Source of the DNA: an uncultured delta proteobacterium
GTDB lineage: Bacteria; Desulfobacterota; Binatia; UBA9968
Reading direction: 5' to 3'
Assembly: GCA_963745035.1 (NCBI GenBank)
Contig: CAVUVW010000013.1
Location: 512,001-576,000 of the forward strand
Length of the DNA stretch: 64,000 nucleotides
Made by a program: the position numbers and the translations under genes. Of the stretch, positions 31,478 to 41,642 are shown piece by piece. Below the pieces are notes generated by a model. The model searched no databases, was not told the DNA's origin, and saw only the letters and a program-made list of their open reading frames with translations. Each line of letters begins with the position of its first letter. Within the stretch, counting starts at the first letter, position 1.

Positions 31478-32482
31478 CTAGCTTGGCTTTTGAGCCGTTA
31501 TAAGACCATTCCCATCTTTGAGAAGAAAATTCGAACGTTGGATGTTCACCAATCCAGCGTCGGCCAACCAGCCACGGTGCTCGCTTTCCGTGAATGATTC
31601 GCCCTCATCGAATAGGTTCAAGAACAGGAGATTGAATCCCACGGCTTCCACTGGCGAAGTTCGCGAGTCATCAAGGACCTGACCGACAATGTAGATCTTA
31701 CCGCCAGGATTCAGTGCAGCGGCGGTGTTGCGAACCGCTTTCCGGGCATTATCTGCCGAAAGCACCTGGAGAAAATTCCGTAGAACTGCTGCATCATAGG
31801 TTCCAGGTAATGACTCGTTCACCACGTCCATGGCGATCACTTCAACTCGATCCGTCAAGCCTTGCTCTGCTACGATCTTTTTTGCGATTGGCACAACTGT
31901 GGGCAAGTCAGTTCCAACCGCTTTGATGTGAGGGCAAGCTTTTGCGAGCGTGATGGCGAATCCGCCACCTCCACAGCCCACGTCTAAAACAGTCCTGACA
32001 GAAGAAAAATCTACCATGTCCAATAAGGCGCGGGCGGCTCGAACTGTGCCTGGATTGATATTTCGAAGAAAGCGTTCCAATTCCTCTGGTGGAGAATTGG
32101 AGAAGTCCAGCTTCGCCTTTGGCTCCCCGCTGCGAATCGATTCAGCGGTTTTTAAAAGAACAGCAAAACTATTTGCAATCGCCCCATGTCTATCCCCGAT
32201 ATACGAAGGCTCGCCTTTAACAAGAAACTGATTGGCTTCAGGGGTGTTCGAGAACTGTCCGTCCCGTTCAGTTAAAAGTCCGGCTACAACAAGGGCGTAG
32301 AGAAGTGGGCGTAATCGAGTAGAACCTACTCCCATTGCGGCGGCGAGTTGCTCGGCGGTCATCGAACCCGCCTTTAGAGGCGTGAACACATCTAGCTGAA
32401 TACCAGCCAGCATCGCGAACGCTGCATCGGCACCGACTCGTAGTTTGTTGAAGGTGTCTGGTTTAGACGTGGCGTTCGTCAT
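31478..32482 (-). CDS. O-methyltransferase (dimerisation + Methyltransf_2 domains)
   Basis: LDVGCGGG, DLPTV, N-terminal winged dimerisation domain with FSNT. Confidence 0.88.
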   Translation of the reverse strand: MTNATSKPDTFNKLRVGADAAFAMLAGIQLDVFTPLKAGSMTAEQLAAAMGVGSTRLRPLLYALVVAGLLTERDGQFSNTPEANQFLVKGEPSYIGDRHGAIANSFAVLLKTAESIRSGEPKAKLDFSNSPPEELERFLRNINPGTVRAARALLDMVDFSSVRTVLDVGCGGGGFAITLAKACPHIKAVGTDLPTVVPIAKKIVAEQGLTDRVEVIAMDVVNESLPGTYDAAVLRNFLQVLSADNARKAVRNTAAALNPGGKIYIVGQVLDDSRTSPVEAVGFNLLFLNLFDEGESFTESEHRGWLADAGLVNIQRSNFLLKDGNGLITAQKPS

Positions 32483-32598
32483 GGGTTACCTCCGGCAGTC
32501 GACGGGCGACTTGACTACAATTCGGTGAAATCTGTCAAGCCTGAGAATAGCGGACAATCGCGGTCCACCGCAGCATTGAGCGCAGGTCGGAATACTCA

Positions 32599-32628
32599 TT
32601 GACACTGGAGTAGGGATGGAAATAGGCT
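32599..32628 (+). promoter_or_regulatory. putative sigma70 promoter
   Basis: TTGACA-N18-TAGGCT upstream of the 32773 gene. Confidence 0.4.
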
Positions 32629-32772
32629 CCTGCTCGAAAAGATTGGCGAATGAATCAACGCTCGTGATAGGAACCCACTTTCCCGGTCCAACGGCAGGTC
32701 ACGTAATCAGGGATGGCGAAGTTTCGCGATTCGAGACTTCTATTCAAGTGATGAGGCAGGTGGGGAGGCATT

Positions 32773-33879
32773 ATGCCACTGGTTGAGCAAAACAAAATCA
32801 AACGCTCCGGGATCGGACTACGCGCTTTTGATCGAGACCGGGCGTTTCCGGGATTTACGCTGTTCGCGCCGTTGACGGCGAATGGCACGGTTTACCTGAT
32901 TGATCTGGATGGTACGGTCGTTCACACGTGGCAGATGCCTTATCCCCCAGGCATGTACGGATACCTCACCGATCGCGGGACACTTTTCTATAACGGAAAA
33001 ACATTCGACGCTTCGACACACCTGATCGATAAGCGTGGGAAAGGCGGTTCGGCACTGGAAGCCGACTGGAACGGTCGCGTTCTTTGGGAATTGCGCCATC
33101 CAGACCATCATCATGACGGATTGCGGTTAAGAAATGGCAACGTCCTTTTGATCTGTGTCGGACCACTGCCACGCGAACTCATCCCTAAAATTCAGGGCGG
33201 ATTGCCGGGTACAGACCATAACGGCCAGATATCTGCGGATTATCTCATCGAAATGACTACCAGCGGACAGTCCGTTTGGGAGTGGCGAAGCTGGGAACAC
33301 CTTGACCCTGAAACGGACCGCATCACAGCAGTCCAAGATCCTCGTGCCGAGTGGACACATGCAAATGGATTTGCTGAGCTACCGGACGGCAACATCGTTC
33401 TAAGTTTTCGCCACATTTCTACTGTGATCATCATCGATCGAAAGACAGGAAAAATCGTTTGGAAGCTTGGAGCACCGCCGTTATCAGGGCAGCATGCTCC
33501 AACGCCACTGCCTAATGGAAATCTCTTGCTCTTCGACAACGGTCCACACCGCTTGGATCATTCCATGTCGTTCTCGCGTGTAATCGAAGTCGAATTAGCG
33601 ACAAAGCAATTAGTTTGGAAGTACCAGGAACAGCGCGAATATGAGTTTTTCAGCCCTCGTATGTCAAACGCACAGCGATTACCGAACGGCAACACTTTGA
33701 TCTGCGAGGCAGATTTCGGTCGTCTTTTCGAAGTGACGGCTCAGAGTGAATTGGTCTGGGAGTATGTCAACCCATATTTCAATGAAGGTCCAAACGGGCT
33801 TAATAATCGCGTGTTCCGTGCGTACCGCTATAGCGCGGAGGATATCGATAGAGCTAGAGCAACGGCAAACGTTCTGTGA
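32773..33879 (+). CDS. aryl-sulfate sulfotransferase (ASST) family beta-propeller protein
   Basis: HHHD, WTHAN, GQHA, FDNG, AQRLPNGNTLI, VFRAYRY. Confidence 0.88.
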   Translation: MPLVEQNKIKRSGIGLRAFDRDRAFPGFTLFAPLTANGTVYLIDLDGTVVHTWQMPYPPGMYGYLTDRGTLFYNGKTFDASTHLIDKRGKGGSALEADWNGRVLWELRHPDHHHDGLRLRNGNVLLICVGPLPRELIPKIQGGLPGTDHNGQISADYLIEMTTSGQSVWEWRSWEHLDPETDRITAVQDPRAEWTHANGFAELPDGNIVLSFRHISTVIIIDRKTGKIVWKLGAPPLSGQHAPTPLPNGNLLLFDNGPHRLDHSMSFSRVIEVELATKQLVWKYQEQREYEFFSPRMSNAQRLPNGNTLICEADFGRLFEVTAQSELVWEYVNPYFNEGPNGLNNRVFRAYRYSAEDIDRARATANVL

Positions 33880-33991
33880 AGTCTGAGCAGCCGATTTCGC
33901 AGATTAGAGCGAGAAGCTTTCACGCGAGCACATAAGTCTCGGCGTTCATGAATCGTTCCACCTAAAAGTTTCTTGCAAGAGGGAGGGATCG

Positions 33992-34978
33992 ATGAGACAA
34001 ATGTTTGCCGTTTTCTCCTTAATGCTCGCGTTTGCATGCCCTCGTACAGTCATCGGCGAGCCAAGCATAAAAGATCTCGCAGTCCGAACAGAATTATACC
34101 CCATAGAAACGCTCACTGTATCAGTCCGCCAGTTTTTGACCGGAGACAAAAATGGTAGGCCCTCAACAATCGCTGGTCAGTTGCGATTTCCCCAAGGCTT
34201 CGTTGGTCAGTTGCCAGCCGTTATTCTTCAGCATGGATCAGCCGGTTCCAATGCCCGCGACGAGTTTTGGGCAAAAACTTTCAACGAAATGGGGATCGCG
34301 TCATTCCTCGTCGATAGTTTTTCTGGGCGGGGGCTGAGCCGTACTTCTACGAACCTCGCGCAGCTCACCCCGTATAATCTAATGCTCGATGCTTATCGTG
34401 CCTTCGATGTACTGGCGACCAAACCGCGCATCGATCCGGCCCGTATCGCGATTATGGGATTCTCCCTGGGCGGCGTTTCCGCACTTTACACGAGTTTAAA
34501 ACGGTTTCAGCAGATGTGGAATCCTCGGGCGGCGTTCGCTGCCCACATTCCATTCTATCCCGCATGCGCCACAACTTTCATCGACGACACCGAGGTACTT
34601 ACCGCGCCTATACGACAATTCCATGGGGCGTCGGATGATTACACTCCGGTGGTTCCGTGCCGCGTGTATTTCGAGCGCCTCCGAGCTGCCGGACGCGATG
34701 CTGTACTAACGGAGTACCTCGAAGCGCATCACAGCTTTGACAATCCCCTCGGCAATAAGACACCAACGATATCGAAGGGTGCGCAAAGCTTTCGCGCATG
34801 CAAGCTTAAAGAAGAGCCGCTTGGCACGATCATCAATGCCGAATCCGGTGAGCGGTTCACATGGAAGGACCCCTGCGTGCAAAGGGATGCTCACACCGGC
34901 TACAATGACGCTGCGGCAAATGCGGCACGTGTAGCGGTAAAGGATTTACTCCGATCGGTATTCAAGTTGGAACTATGA
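33992..34978 (+). CDS. dienelactone hydrolase family alpha/beta hydrolase, exported
   Basis: Signal peptide, HGSAG, GFSLGG nucleophile elbow, HGASDD, AHHSFD. Confidence 0.88.
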   Translation: MRQMFAVFSLMLAFACPRTVIGEPSIKDLAVRTELYPIETLTVSVRQFLTGDKNGRPSTIAGQLRFPQGFVGQLPAVILQHGSAGSNARDEFWAKTFNEMGIASFLVDSFSGRGLSRTSTNLAQLTPYNLMLDAYRAFDVLATKPRIDPARIAIMGFSLGGVSALYTSLKRFQQMWNPRAAFAAHIPFYPACATTFIDDTEVLTAPIRQFHGASDDYTPVVPCRVYFERLRAAGRDAVLTEYLEAHHSFDNPLGNKTPTISKGAQSFRACKLKEEPLGTIINAESGERFTWKDPCVQRDAHTGYNDAAANAARVAVKDLLRSVFKLEL

Positions 34979-35038
34979 ATCGTCTTCCCTAGTAATCAGG
35001 ACGAAGTAAACCCGCAGCGACAGTCGGTGCTCTAACGA

Positions 35039-35266
35039 ATGGGGAAAGAAATGGCGCAAAACCAACCGCAGGAATACAAGCACGGTGGACTCGTTTTTGA
35101 GTATTACACGTTAACCGTGGCGGGAACGAATACCTGGGTAGCAGATGGTTATCTTAAATCAGATCCGAATGTAACGATACGGACCCAAGCATTGGACACC
35201 GAGAGAGAAGCCCGCCTTGCATTCATAGATATGGCGACGGAGATTGCTCGCAGCAAGAATCAATAG
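35039..35266 (+). CDS. hypothetical protein
   Basis: 75-aa ORF. Confidence 0.35.
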   Translation: MGKEMAQNQPQEYKHGGLVFEYYTLTVAGTNTWVADGYLKSDPNVTIRTQALDTEREARLAFIDMATEIARSKNQ

Positions 35267-35344
35267 AAACCAAGTCGTTCATTCTTTCACGCCTGACCGA
35301 GCTGAGATCGAGGGCTTGTTAGCAAAATCCTGAGATAAATACCT

Positions 35345-35527
35345 GAGGGAGGCGACCCACACATAGTGATGGGCCATAAAGACTCGGTGATCACCCGGCA
35401 GACTTATGCGAAATTTCTAAAGAACGAATCTACCTACAATCCAGACGTGATCTTCGAGAAGTCGCCTGTTCTAGTGCCGAACGTTCCGCTCGTCGAGCTG
35501 GAGCCGGTGTCGGAGCTGTTGAACTGA
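35345..35527 (+). pseudogene. possible tyrosine recombinase/integrase C-terminal remnant
   Basis: Manual translation EGGDPHIVMGHKDSVITRQTYAKFL matches the box II pattern (GH...T...Y); in-frame stop immediately upstream. Confidence 0.45.
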
Positions 35528-35681
35528 CCTGGAGTTAAGCTGGTAAGTAAAGTTTGCGCGATTTTAAGTATGCAATGGAAAGGAGACCAAAGAAGAACTG
35601 AGAAATTAAGCGGTTAGGTGCTGGACCGGATTACAGCTACATGATTCCTCCTCATCGTTCGCATGATGCGATACTGCGCTT

Positions 35682-36779
35682 TTATATTTTCATCCCAAAT
35701 AGGCGGGCAGCGTTGCCGCCGAGAATTTTTTCCTTGTCCCCTTCGGAAATCCCTTTCATCGCTTTGATCGGCGCGACGGTGTTGGGCCACGTCGAAATCG
35801 CGTCGCCGTGATCGAAGTCGCTGCCGATGATGATGTTGTGCTTCGGCCACATCTCGACGATGTGCGGCAGGTAATCTTCCCAGGCGATCGCCGCGACATA
35901 GATTTGATCGAAGTAAGCGCTGGGCTCTTTCTTCAACCGGTCGCGCTTGCGGAAAAAGTCGTTGACCGAAGTCGTCCCCGGCGATTCGCCGAGGGTGTGG
36001 TGATTGAGCGTGCGCATGAGCCACGGCACCCAGCCGACGCCGCCTTCGAACACGGCGATGCGCAAGGTTGGAAAGCGGTCGAAGACTCCGCTCATGATCA
36101 GGCGCGCAGCGCTGACCATGTAGGTCAGCGGAAAGCCCAGAGCAGTGGCGAGCATCTTGAAGCCGTCGTAGCGCTCGCTGCCGACCAGCCACGGGTGGCA
36201 ATCCTGCGCTTCGAACACGCGCGTGCCCGGGTGGACGAGAATCGGAACGTCGAGCTTGCAGACCTCTTCGTAGAACGGCCAGAGCACTTCGGCGTCGAGA
36301 TCGCAGTTCTCGTGCCCGCCCATGAGCTTCACGCCCTTGAACCCGAGCTCCGTGACCGCCCTTCTCAATTCGCCGATCGCTTCGCCGACGTCGGGAAGAT
36401 AAACCCAGGCGATGCCGATGAAGCGCTCTCTGCCGGCGATGTCCTCCGCCACGGTGTCGTTGTACGCGCGGGCCATCTCGACGCCGAGATCGTGATCGAC
36501 TTCATAGATCAGAGGCCGGTTGTCGGCGATGACGACCTGGTAGTCGAAACCTTCCCGCTCCATGACTTCGTGGTGCATGTCTAGGTTCCAGCGGGTCTCG
36601 CTGAACGAGTGAATTTTCTTGCCGTCGCGATAATAGGTCGCGGCGTCGCCGGGAAAAGTCTCGCCGTAGCGAACCATCGCGCCGGCGCCCTTTTGAAATT
36701 CGAGATGGCCGCGGCCGGAATGCTTTACGCGATCGAGGAAGCGCACGGGCCAGTAATGGGTGTCGCCGTCGATGTACAT
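35682..36779 (-). CDS. amidohydrolase family 2 protein
   Basis: IDGDTH, VHP, FEGGVGW, GSDFDH, ILGGNAARL. Confidence 0.92.
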   Translation of the reverse strand: MYIDGDTHYWPVRFLDRVKHSGRGHLEFQKGAGAMVRYGETFPGDAATYYRDGKKIHSFSETRWNLDMHHEVMEREGFDYQVVIADNRPLIYEVDHDLGVEMARAYNDTVAEDIAGRERFIGIAWVYLPDVGEAIGELRRAVTELGFKGVKLMGGHENCDLDAEVLWPFYEEVCKLDVPILVHPGTRVFEAQDCHPWLVGSERYDGFKMLATALGFPLTYMVSAARLIMSGVFDRFPTLRIAVFEGGVGWVPWLMRTLNHHTLGESPGTTSVNDFFRKRDRLKKEPSAYFDQIYVAAIAWEDYLPHIVEMWPKHNIIIGSDFDHGDAISTWPNTVAPIKAMKGISEGDKEKILGGNAARLFGMKI

Positions 36780-36896
36780 GGGAGACCTCGCGGTAACAAA
36801 AGATGATGCGCGATCTTATGCCGCGACCCGCGCGAGGTCAACGAGGTTTGACGCCGCCGAATCGAACCGCTACAGTGCGGGCACTTCCTCCGATCG

Positions 36897-38177
36897 TTGC
36901 AAGGACTCCGTTCACGAGTGTCAGCGCCGTCAGACAATCAACCCGCCGAGCCGCACGGCGCGCCGGTCATCCGCCCCTGGTCCTCACTGCTGATTCGCGA
37001 TTACCGCCTCATCTTCATCACGATTCTCTGCGGCAACACGGCCAACCACATGCGCAACGTGGCGAGCCTGTATCAGGTCTACCAGCTATCCGGCTCCTCG
37101 ATTCAGCTCGGCTTCACCGGCTTTTTCCAAGCGATGCCGTTCATTTTTTTCGGTCTTTTCGGCGGTGTTCTGGCAGACACGCTGAATCGCAAGAAACTCA
37201 TTTACATTACCCACTCGCTCAATATGTTGCCCGGCTTGGCTTTGGGCATCCTGACCGTCACCGGCGCGATACAAGTCTGGCACATCAACGTGTTGAGCGT
37301 ATTGGCCGGAGCTCTTCAGGTCCTCGGCGGCCCGGCGCGCCAAGCCATCATCCCAAGCCTCGTGCCGTCGTCGCATCTCCTCAACGCGGTCACCATGACG
37401 AGCCTCATGATGCAGGGCACGCAGCTCACGGCACCGGTCATCGCGGGATTTCTCATCGACTTTTACGGCGTCGAAGTTTCCTATTTCACCGACGCCGCAT
37501 TGCTCGCGCCCTCCGTTGCCGCCGTCTTACTCATCCGCGCCTCCGGACAGCCCCAGGGCCAGCGACGCACGATCGGCTGGCGCAGCCTGATCGAAGGCTT
37601 CGAATTTCTCTGGCATACACGCATCATTCTCTCGCTGTTCATCCTGGATTTCTTCGCGGTGCTGTTCGGCTTCTACCGGCCGATATTGCCCATCTTCGCC
37701 GACACCATCTACGGCGTCGGGGCCCGCGGCCTGGGCATGCTCTATGCGGCGCCGGCCATCGGCGCCATGATCGGCTCGGCGCTGGTTCTGGCAGCCGGGC
37801 ACATAGAACGCCAGGGCGCTCTTTCGGTTCTTGCCACCCTGGCGTTCGCCCTTAGCTTGGGATTTCTCGGCCTGGCTCCATGGTTTTGGATGGGACTCAT
37901 CGCCCTCGCCTGTCTCGGCATCAGCGACGCGACCAGCGTCGCGATTCGCCGCACCGCCGTGCAAGTCCTGGCACCGGACAACATGCGCGGGCGAGCGACC
38001 AGTTTTCTGACTGTGTTTGCGCAAACTACGAATGGTCTCGGCGCGGTTATCGCCGGGGCAGGCGCCGCGCTCCTCGGCGCGCCCAACGCCGCGTTGGTCG
38101 GCTGCCTTCTCTGCACCGTCACGATCATCGCAACCTGCTGGGCGATTCCCCAGCTCTGGCACTACCGGTCGGATTGA
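36897..38177 (+). CDS. MFS transporter
   Basis: About 12 TM segments, GVLADTLNRK motif A, MRGR. Confidence 0.92.
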   Translation: MQGLRSRVSAPSDNQPAEPHGAPVIRPWSSLLIRDYRLIFITILCGNTANHMRNVASLYQVYQLSGSSIQLGFTGFFQAMPFIFFGLFGGVLADTLNRKKLIYITHSLNMLPGLALGILTVTGAIQVWHINVLSVLAGALQVLGGPARQAIIPSLVPSSHLLNAVTMTSLMMQGTQLTAPVIAGFLIDFYGVEVSYFTDAALLAPSVAAVLLIRASGQPQGQRRTIGWRSLIEGFEFLWHTRIILSLFILDFFAVLFGFYRPILPIFADTIYGVGARGLGMLYAAPAIGAMIGSALVLAAGHIERQGALSVLATLAFALSLGFLGLAPWFWMGLIALACLGISDATSVAIRRTAVQVLAPDNMRGRATSFLTVFAQTTNGLGAVIAGAGAALLGAPNAALVGCLLCTVTIIATCWAIPQLWHYRSD

Positions 38178-38269
38178 ATAGTTCCGCGCTTAAACGTGCA
38201 GTTTACGTGTCTTTCTCAACCGAAACTCCAAATCCAACCAGTATGAGTTTCTTCCCAACAAGCCGCGCC

Positions 38270-39271
38270 TTAGCGTGCGAGCCCCAGGCGATCAAACGTT
38301 CCGTCCTTCTCCATCTCCTCGAGAAAGCGTCGGTCAATCAACTGCTCGGCTTTAATTTGCTTGGCGCGCGGATCGGTCTTGGCGATTTCGTCGAGGGTTG
38401 TCTGAATGGCGAGGGCTTTGATGTCGAGGCGCGGTTCCAGAACTTTGAGCTCGGCGGTGTATGCCGTCTCGAAGATTTTGCGGTCGGTGAGGCCGATTTT
38501 TTTCGCCATCAAACGAAACGCCAGATCGCGATCGGTTCTCATGATTTTGTAGGACTCGGCCATCATGCGCATAAATTGACTGATGACCTTCGGACGCTTG
38601 GCGATCACCGAGCGCAAAGTAACGAACCCTGTCGCGACGTATGGAGGCTTGATCTCGCGTCCGTCAATGACGTAGTTGAATCCCTGAAACGCCGCGCGTG
38701 TGTCCTGTGGCGTGGTGATCGAGGCGGCGTCGACCGCCCCCGTCGCGAGTGCCAGATAGGTCTCGGGGGCGCCTCCAGTTTGAATCAGATTTGCGTCCTT
38801 GAGCGGATCGAGACCTTTCAGGCGCATCGCCAATTGCGTGAAGTAGTGCGAGTTCCCGCCGATGCGGCCGACGCCGATGCGCTTGCCTTTGAGGTCCTCG
38901 GGACGCTTGATCTCGCCCTTGGCCATGATGCTGTGGGTAAGGACGTTTTTCACCGAGCCGATGAAAACGAAATCCGTGTTGCCGCTCAAATAGGCGCGGA
39001 TCGGTCCCTCGCCGCCCGCCAAAGCTACCGAACCATTGCCGCCGCTCATCGCCGCGGTGACGATACCGGACGAGGCGATGTAGACTAGCTGAAAATCCAG
39101 ATCGTATTTCGAATACAGGCGGGCTTCTTCGGCAAACCAAGGCACGGCCATGGCGATGCTCGGCGCCGATTGAAGACCGACGAGCTTTTCCGCGGCGATT
39201 GCAGCGCGGCCGATGAATAGCGCAAAGAGCAGGCTGAAACAGAAGCGCAAACAGGTAGAAACTGCCGGCAT
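38270..39271 (-). CDS. NMT1/THI5/SsuA-like ABC substrate-binding protein
   Basis: Signal peptide, IKRPEDLKGKRIG. Confidence 0.88.
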   Translation of the reverse strand: MPAVSTCLRFCFSLLFALFIGRAAIAAEKLVGLQSAPSIAMAVPWFAEEARLYSKYDLDFQLVYIASSGIVTAAMSGGNGSVALAGGEGPIRAYLSGNTDFVFIGSVKNVLTHSIMAKGEIKRPEDLKGKRIGVGRIGGNSHYFTQLAMRLKGLDPLKDANLIQTGGAPETYLALATGAVDAASITTPQDTRAAFQGFNYVIDGREIKPPYVATGFVTLRSVIAKRPKVISQFMRMMAESYKIMRTDRDLAFRLMAKKIGLTDRKIFETAYTAELKVLEPRLDIKALAIQTTLDEIAKTDPRAKQIKAEQLIDRRFLEEMEKDGTFDRLGLAR

Positions 39272-39407
39272 AGAACCTCCAACCGCGTCCGCCAGCCCTA
39301 CCAAGATTCATCGAGGCAAGTCAACTTTTGACATTTCGTCCCGGTCCGCGGCTTCGCGCCGGCCTCGAACAGAGAAGTTACTCGCTCGACGACCGGGTCC
39401 AAGCGGC

Positions 39408-40562
39408 TTAACCCGGCCGCCCGTCGATTCTCGGTTGCGCGAGAATGGGAGCATAAACGCCGACAAAAATCACAAATGCCGCGACCCACAGGAAGCCGCT
39501 TGCCACAATGAGCTGGGGAAACCATTGCGGGTGCAAAATCGGCAGCAGACCGCGCGCTACTGCTGCAAGGTTAACCATGCCGAATGCGATGGCCATGGCG
39601 GACCCGATCGTTAGGGCTCTGGCCGTATGGCCCAAAGAGACCCGCGCCATCATGCCGATGGTCAGTACGCCGATACCGCCCACTGTAAATGCATGGATGG
39701 TAAATTGCGGCGGAACAAAGCCGGCCGGCATCCCGGCTTTCAAGGCAAAGCCAATGACAATCCAGGCATAGCCGAGATGCAGCACCCAAAGCAGCGGAAC
39801 GCGCCAATAGCGATGCGTATACCAACCCGCGAGGCGAACGCCGTTGGCGCAAGCGGCAAGGGCAGCAAAGCTTGCAGACCAGGCTGAATCCGGGAAAAAA
39901 AACTCCGCTAGCAAAAATATCAAAACGCTGAGCGGCGAAAGCCACTCGATGATCGGCCAGCGCTTCATCGTCACACCGGTTAGAGCACGTTCCGTGAAAA
40001 ACGGGATCACTCTCCCGCCCATGATCACGATCAATAGAACAATGAGATCGAGCCCGAGAAAGATGCCTTTACGCGCGAGATTCGTCGCCAGTCCCAAGAG
40101 CTCGGCATGAACCAAGCAATTCGCCGCCCACAAGCAGGCTAAAAGAGGCAAAAACATCAAGTTGCGATTTGCGCCGGCGCGCACCAGCGGCACACCGATA
40201 CCGACAGACAGGGCCGGCAAGAACGCAAGGTCGATGAAAGCAACGAACCAGGTCGGAACAATGTCGGAAAAAAATGGCAAGATTCTGCCGAGAAGCCATA
40301 ATACGGCCAAGGCGGCTAAATAGCCGCCGGTAGGTGTCGCCCTCTCCGTCCAATTGCGCACCGCGGTCAGAAGAAATCCGGCGACCACCGCGAGCGTGTA
40401 GCCGAAAACCATCTCATGGCTATGCCAGCCGATCTGCCCGTAGTAGGTGTTGAAAACAAACCCACCGACAAAAGCCGGCACCCATAGCGTCACCAAGGCC
40501 ACGGCGAAAAGTCCCGCCAAGAGAAAAAACGGCCGAAAACCGAGCGCAAACAAGACCGGCAT
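39408..40562 (-). CDS. nnrS: NnrS family membrane protein
   Basis: GFRPFFL, WHSHEM, GFLLTAVRNWT, GGRVIPFFT, RVSLGHT. Confidence 0.95.
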   Translation of the reverse strand: MPVLFALGFRPFFLLAGLFAVALVTLWVPAFVGGFVFNTYYGQIGWHSHEMVFGYTLAVVAGFLLTAVRNWTERATPTGGYLAALAVLWLLGRILPFFSDIVPTWFVAFIDLAFLPALSVGIGVPLVRAGANRNLMFLPLLACLWAANCLVHAELLGLATNLARKGIFLGLDLIVLLIVIMGGRVIPFFTERALTGVTMKRWPIIEWLSPLSVLIFLLAEFFFPDSAWSASFAALAACANGVRLAGWYTHRYWRVPLLWVLHLGYAWIVIGFALKAGMPAGFVPPQFTIHAFTVGGIGVLTIGMMARVSLGHTARALTIGSAMAIAFGMVNLAAVARGLLPILHPQWFPQLIVASGFLWVAAFVIFVGVYAPILAQPRIDGRPG

Positions 40563-40621
40563 TTTTTTTAGTCTGGGTTACGCGAGCTCAAATTTGTCGA
40601 CAAAGCGGGAGCCCGCGCGTG

Positions 40622-41608
40622 TCAACGTTTCTGCAACTGTTTGATGAAGCCCGACGCCTCCATCTCTTGAACGAAACTTGCATCGACGAAACTCTTCGGA
40701 TCTGCCGCGGCGGCTTTGGGAGTGCGCGGCGCCATGTCATCGAGCAGGGTCTTGATACCGATCGGATCCGGATACGGCGCATCCAACAGAACCCCCATAT
40801 GATTTCTATAAGTGCGCTCCAGACCTTCGGCATCGCTGAATCGCGTGTACTTCCCGATGATCGCCTTGGTCGCTTCCTTGTCGTGCTTGATAAAGTGAAT
40901 CGCTTCAGTGATGCCGCGGACGAATCGCGCGACCATCGGCCTCTTGCTCTTGATGATCGCCTCCCGGGTGACCACGCCGTTGCCATGGAGCGGGATCTTC
41001 AGATTGGCCATGCTGACCAGATTGCGCAGGCCGAGTCTCTCCGCCTCTCTCACGAAGGGCTCGCTCATGATCGTGAACTGCGAGATTCCCCTGGAAATGG
41101 ACGCGAGCCGTTCGGGATTGCCGCCCGCGGGCACGATCTTCACGTCCTTTTCCGGATCGATGCCCAGACGGCGCAGCGACAGCCGCAACCCCATTTCCGA
41201 AATGCTGCCGAAACGGTTGACCGAACCGATCTTGCCGCGCAGCTGCTCGGTGGTCGTGATGTTCGCCGCGCTGACGATGTGATCGATGAAGGTCGGGATG
41301 ATCGACAGGATCATCACCGTATCGGCGCCGCCGAGGCGCGGATTGACCACATTGGGCGCGGAAGTGACGACGATATCGAGGTCCCCAGCCACCAGGGCTT
41401 GCATCGCCGGCGGCCCGGCGCCGAAAAATATCGATTCGACGGCGAGCCCCTGCTTGGCCAGGAAACCTTTGTCTTGCGCCACCCAGAGCGGCGTATGCGA
41501 CGACGTCATCGCCGCCCAGCCCACCCGCACCCGTTCTTGGGCGAGAACGGTCGACGCCCCGCATGAAAGCCATACGATGGTTAGCGCGGCCACAAGAACC
41601 TTGAACAT
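40622..41608 (-). CDS. NMT1/THI5/SsuA-like ABC substrate-binding protein
   Basis: Signal peptide, LRGKIG, LGIDPEKDV. Confidence 0.88.
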   Translation of the reverse strand: MFKVLVAALTIVWLSCGASTVLAQERVRVGWAAMTSSHTPLWVAQDKGFLAKQGLAVESIFFGAGPPAMQALVAGDLDIVVTSAPNVVNPRLGGADTVMILSIIPTFIDHIVSAANITTTEQLRGKIGSVNRFGSISEMGLRLSLRRLGIDPEKDVKIVPAGGNPERLASISRGISQFTIMSEPFVREAERLGLRNLVSMANLKIPLHGNGVVTREAIIKSKRPMVARFVRGITEAIHFIKHDKEATKAIIGKYTRFSDAEGLERTYRNHMGVLLDAPYPDPIGIKTLLDDMAPRTPKAAAADPKSFVDASFVQEMEASGFIKQLQKR

Positions 41609-41642
41609 TGATCCTCCTACACCGACTTAATGCGACGAGCGT

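Noticed and set aside
40578-40604. NnrR/FNR-like box (TTACG-N4-CTCAA) and TTTGTCGACAAA palindrome upstream of nnrS
   Set aside because: Imperfect match and too close to the start codon for an activator site
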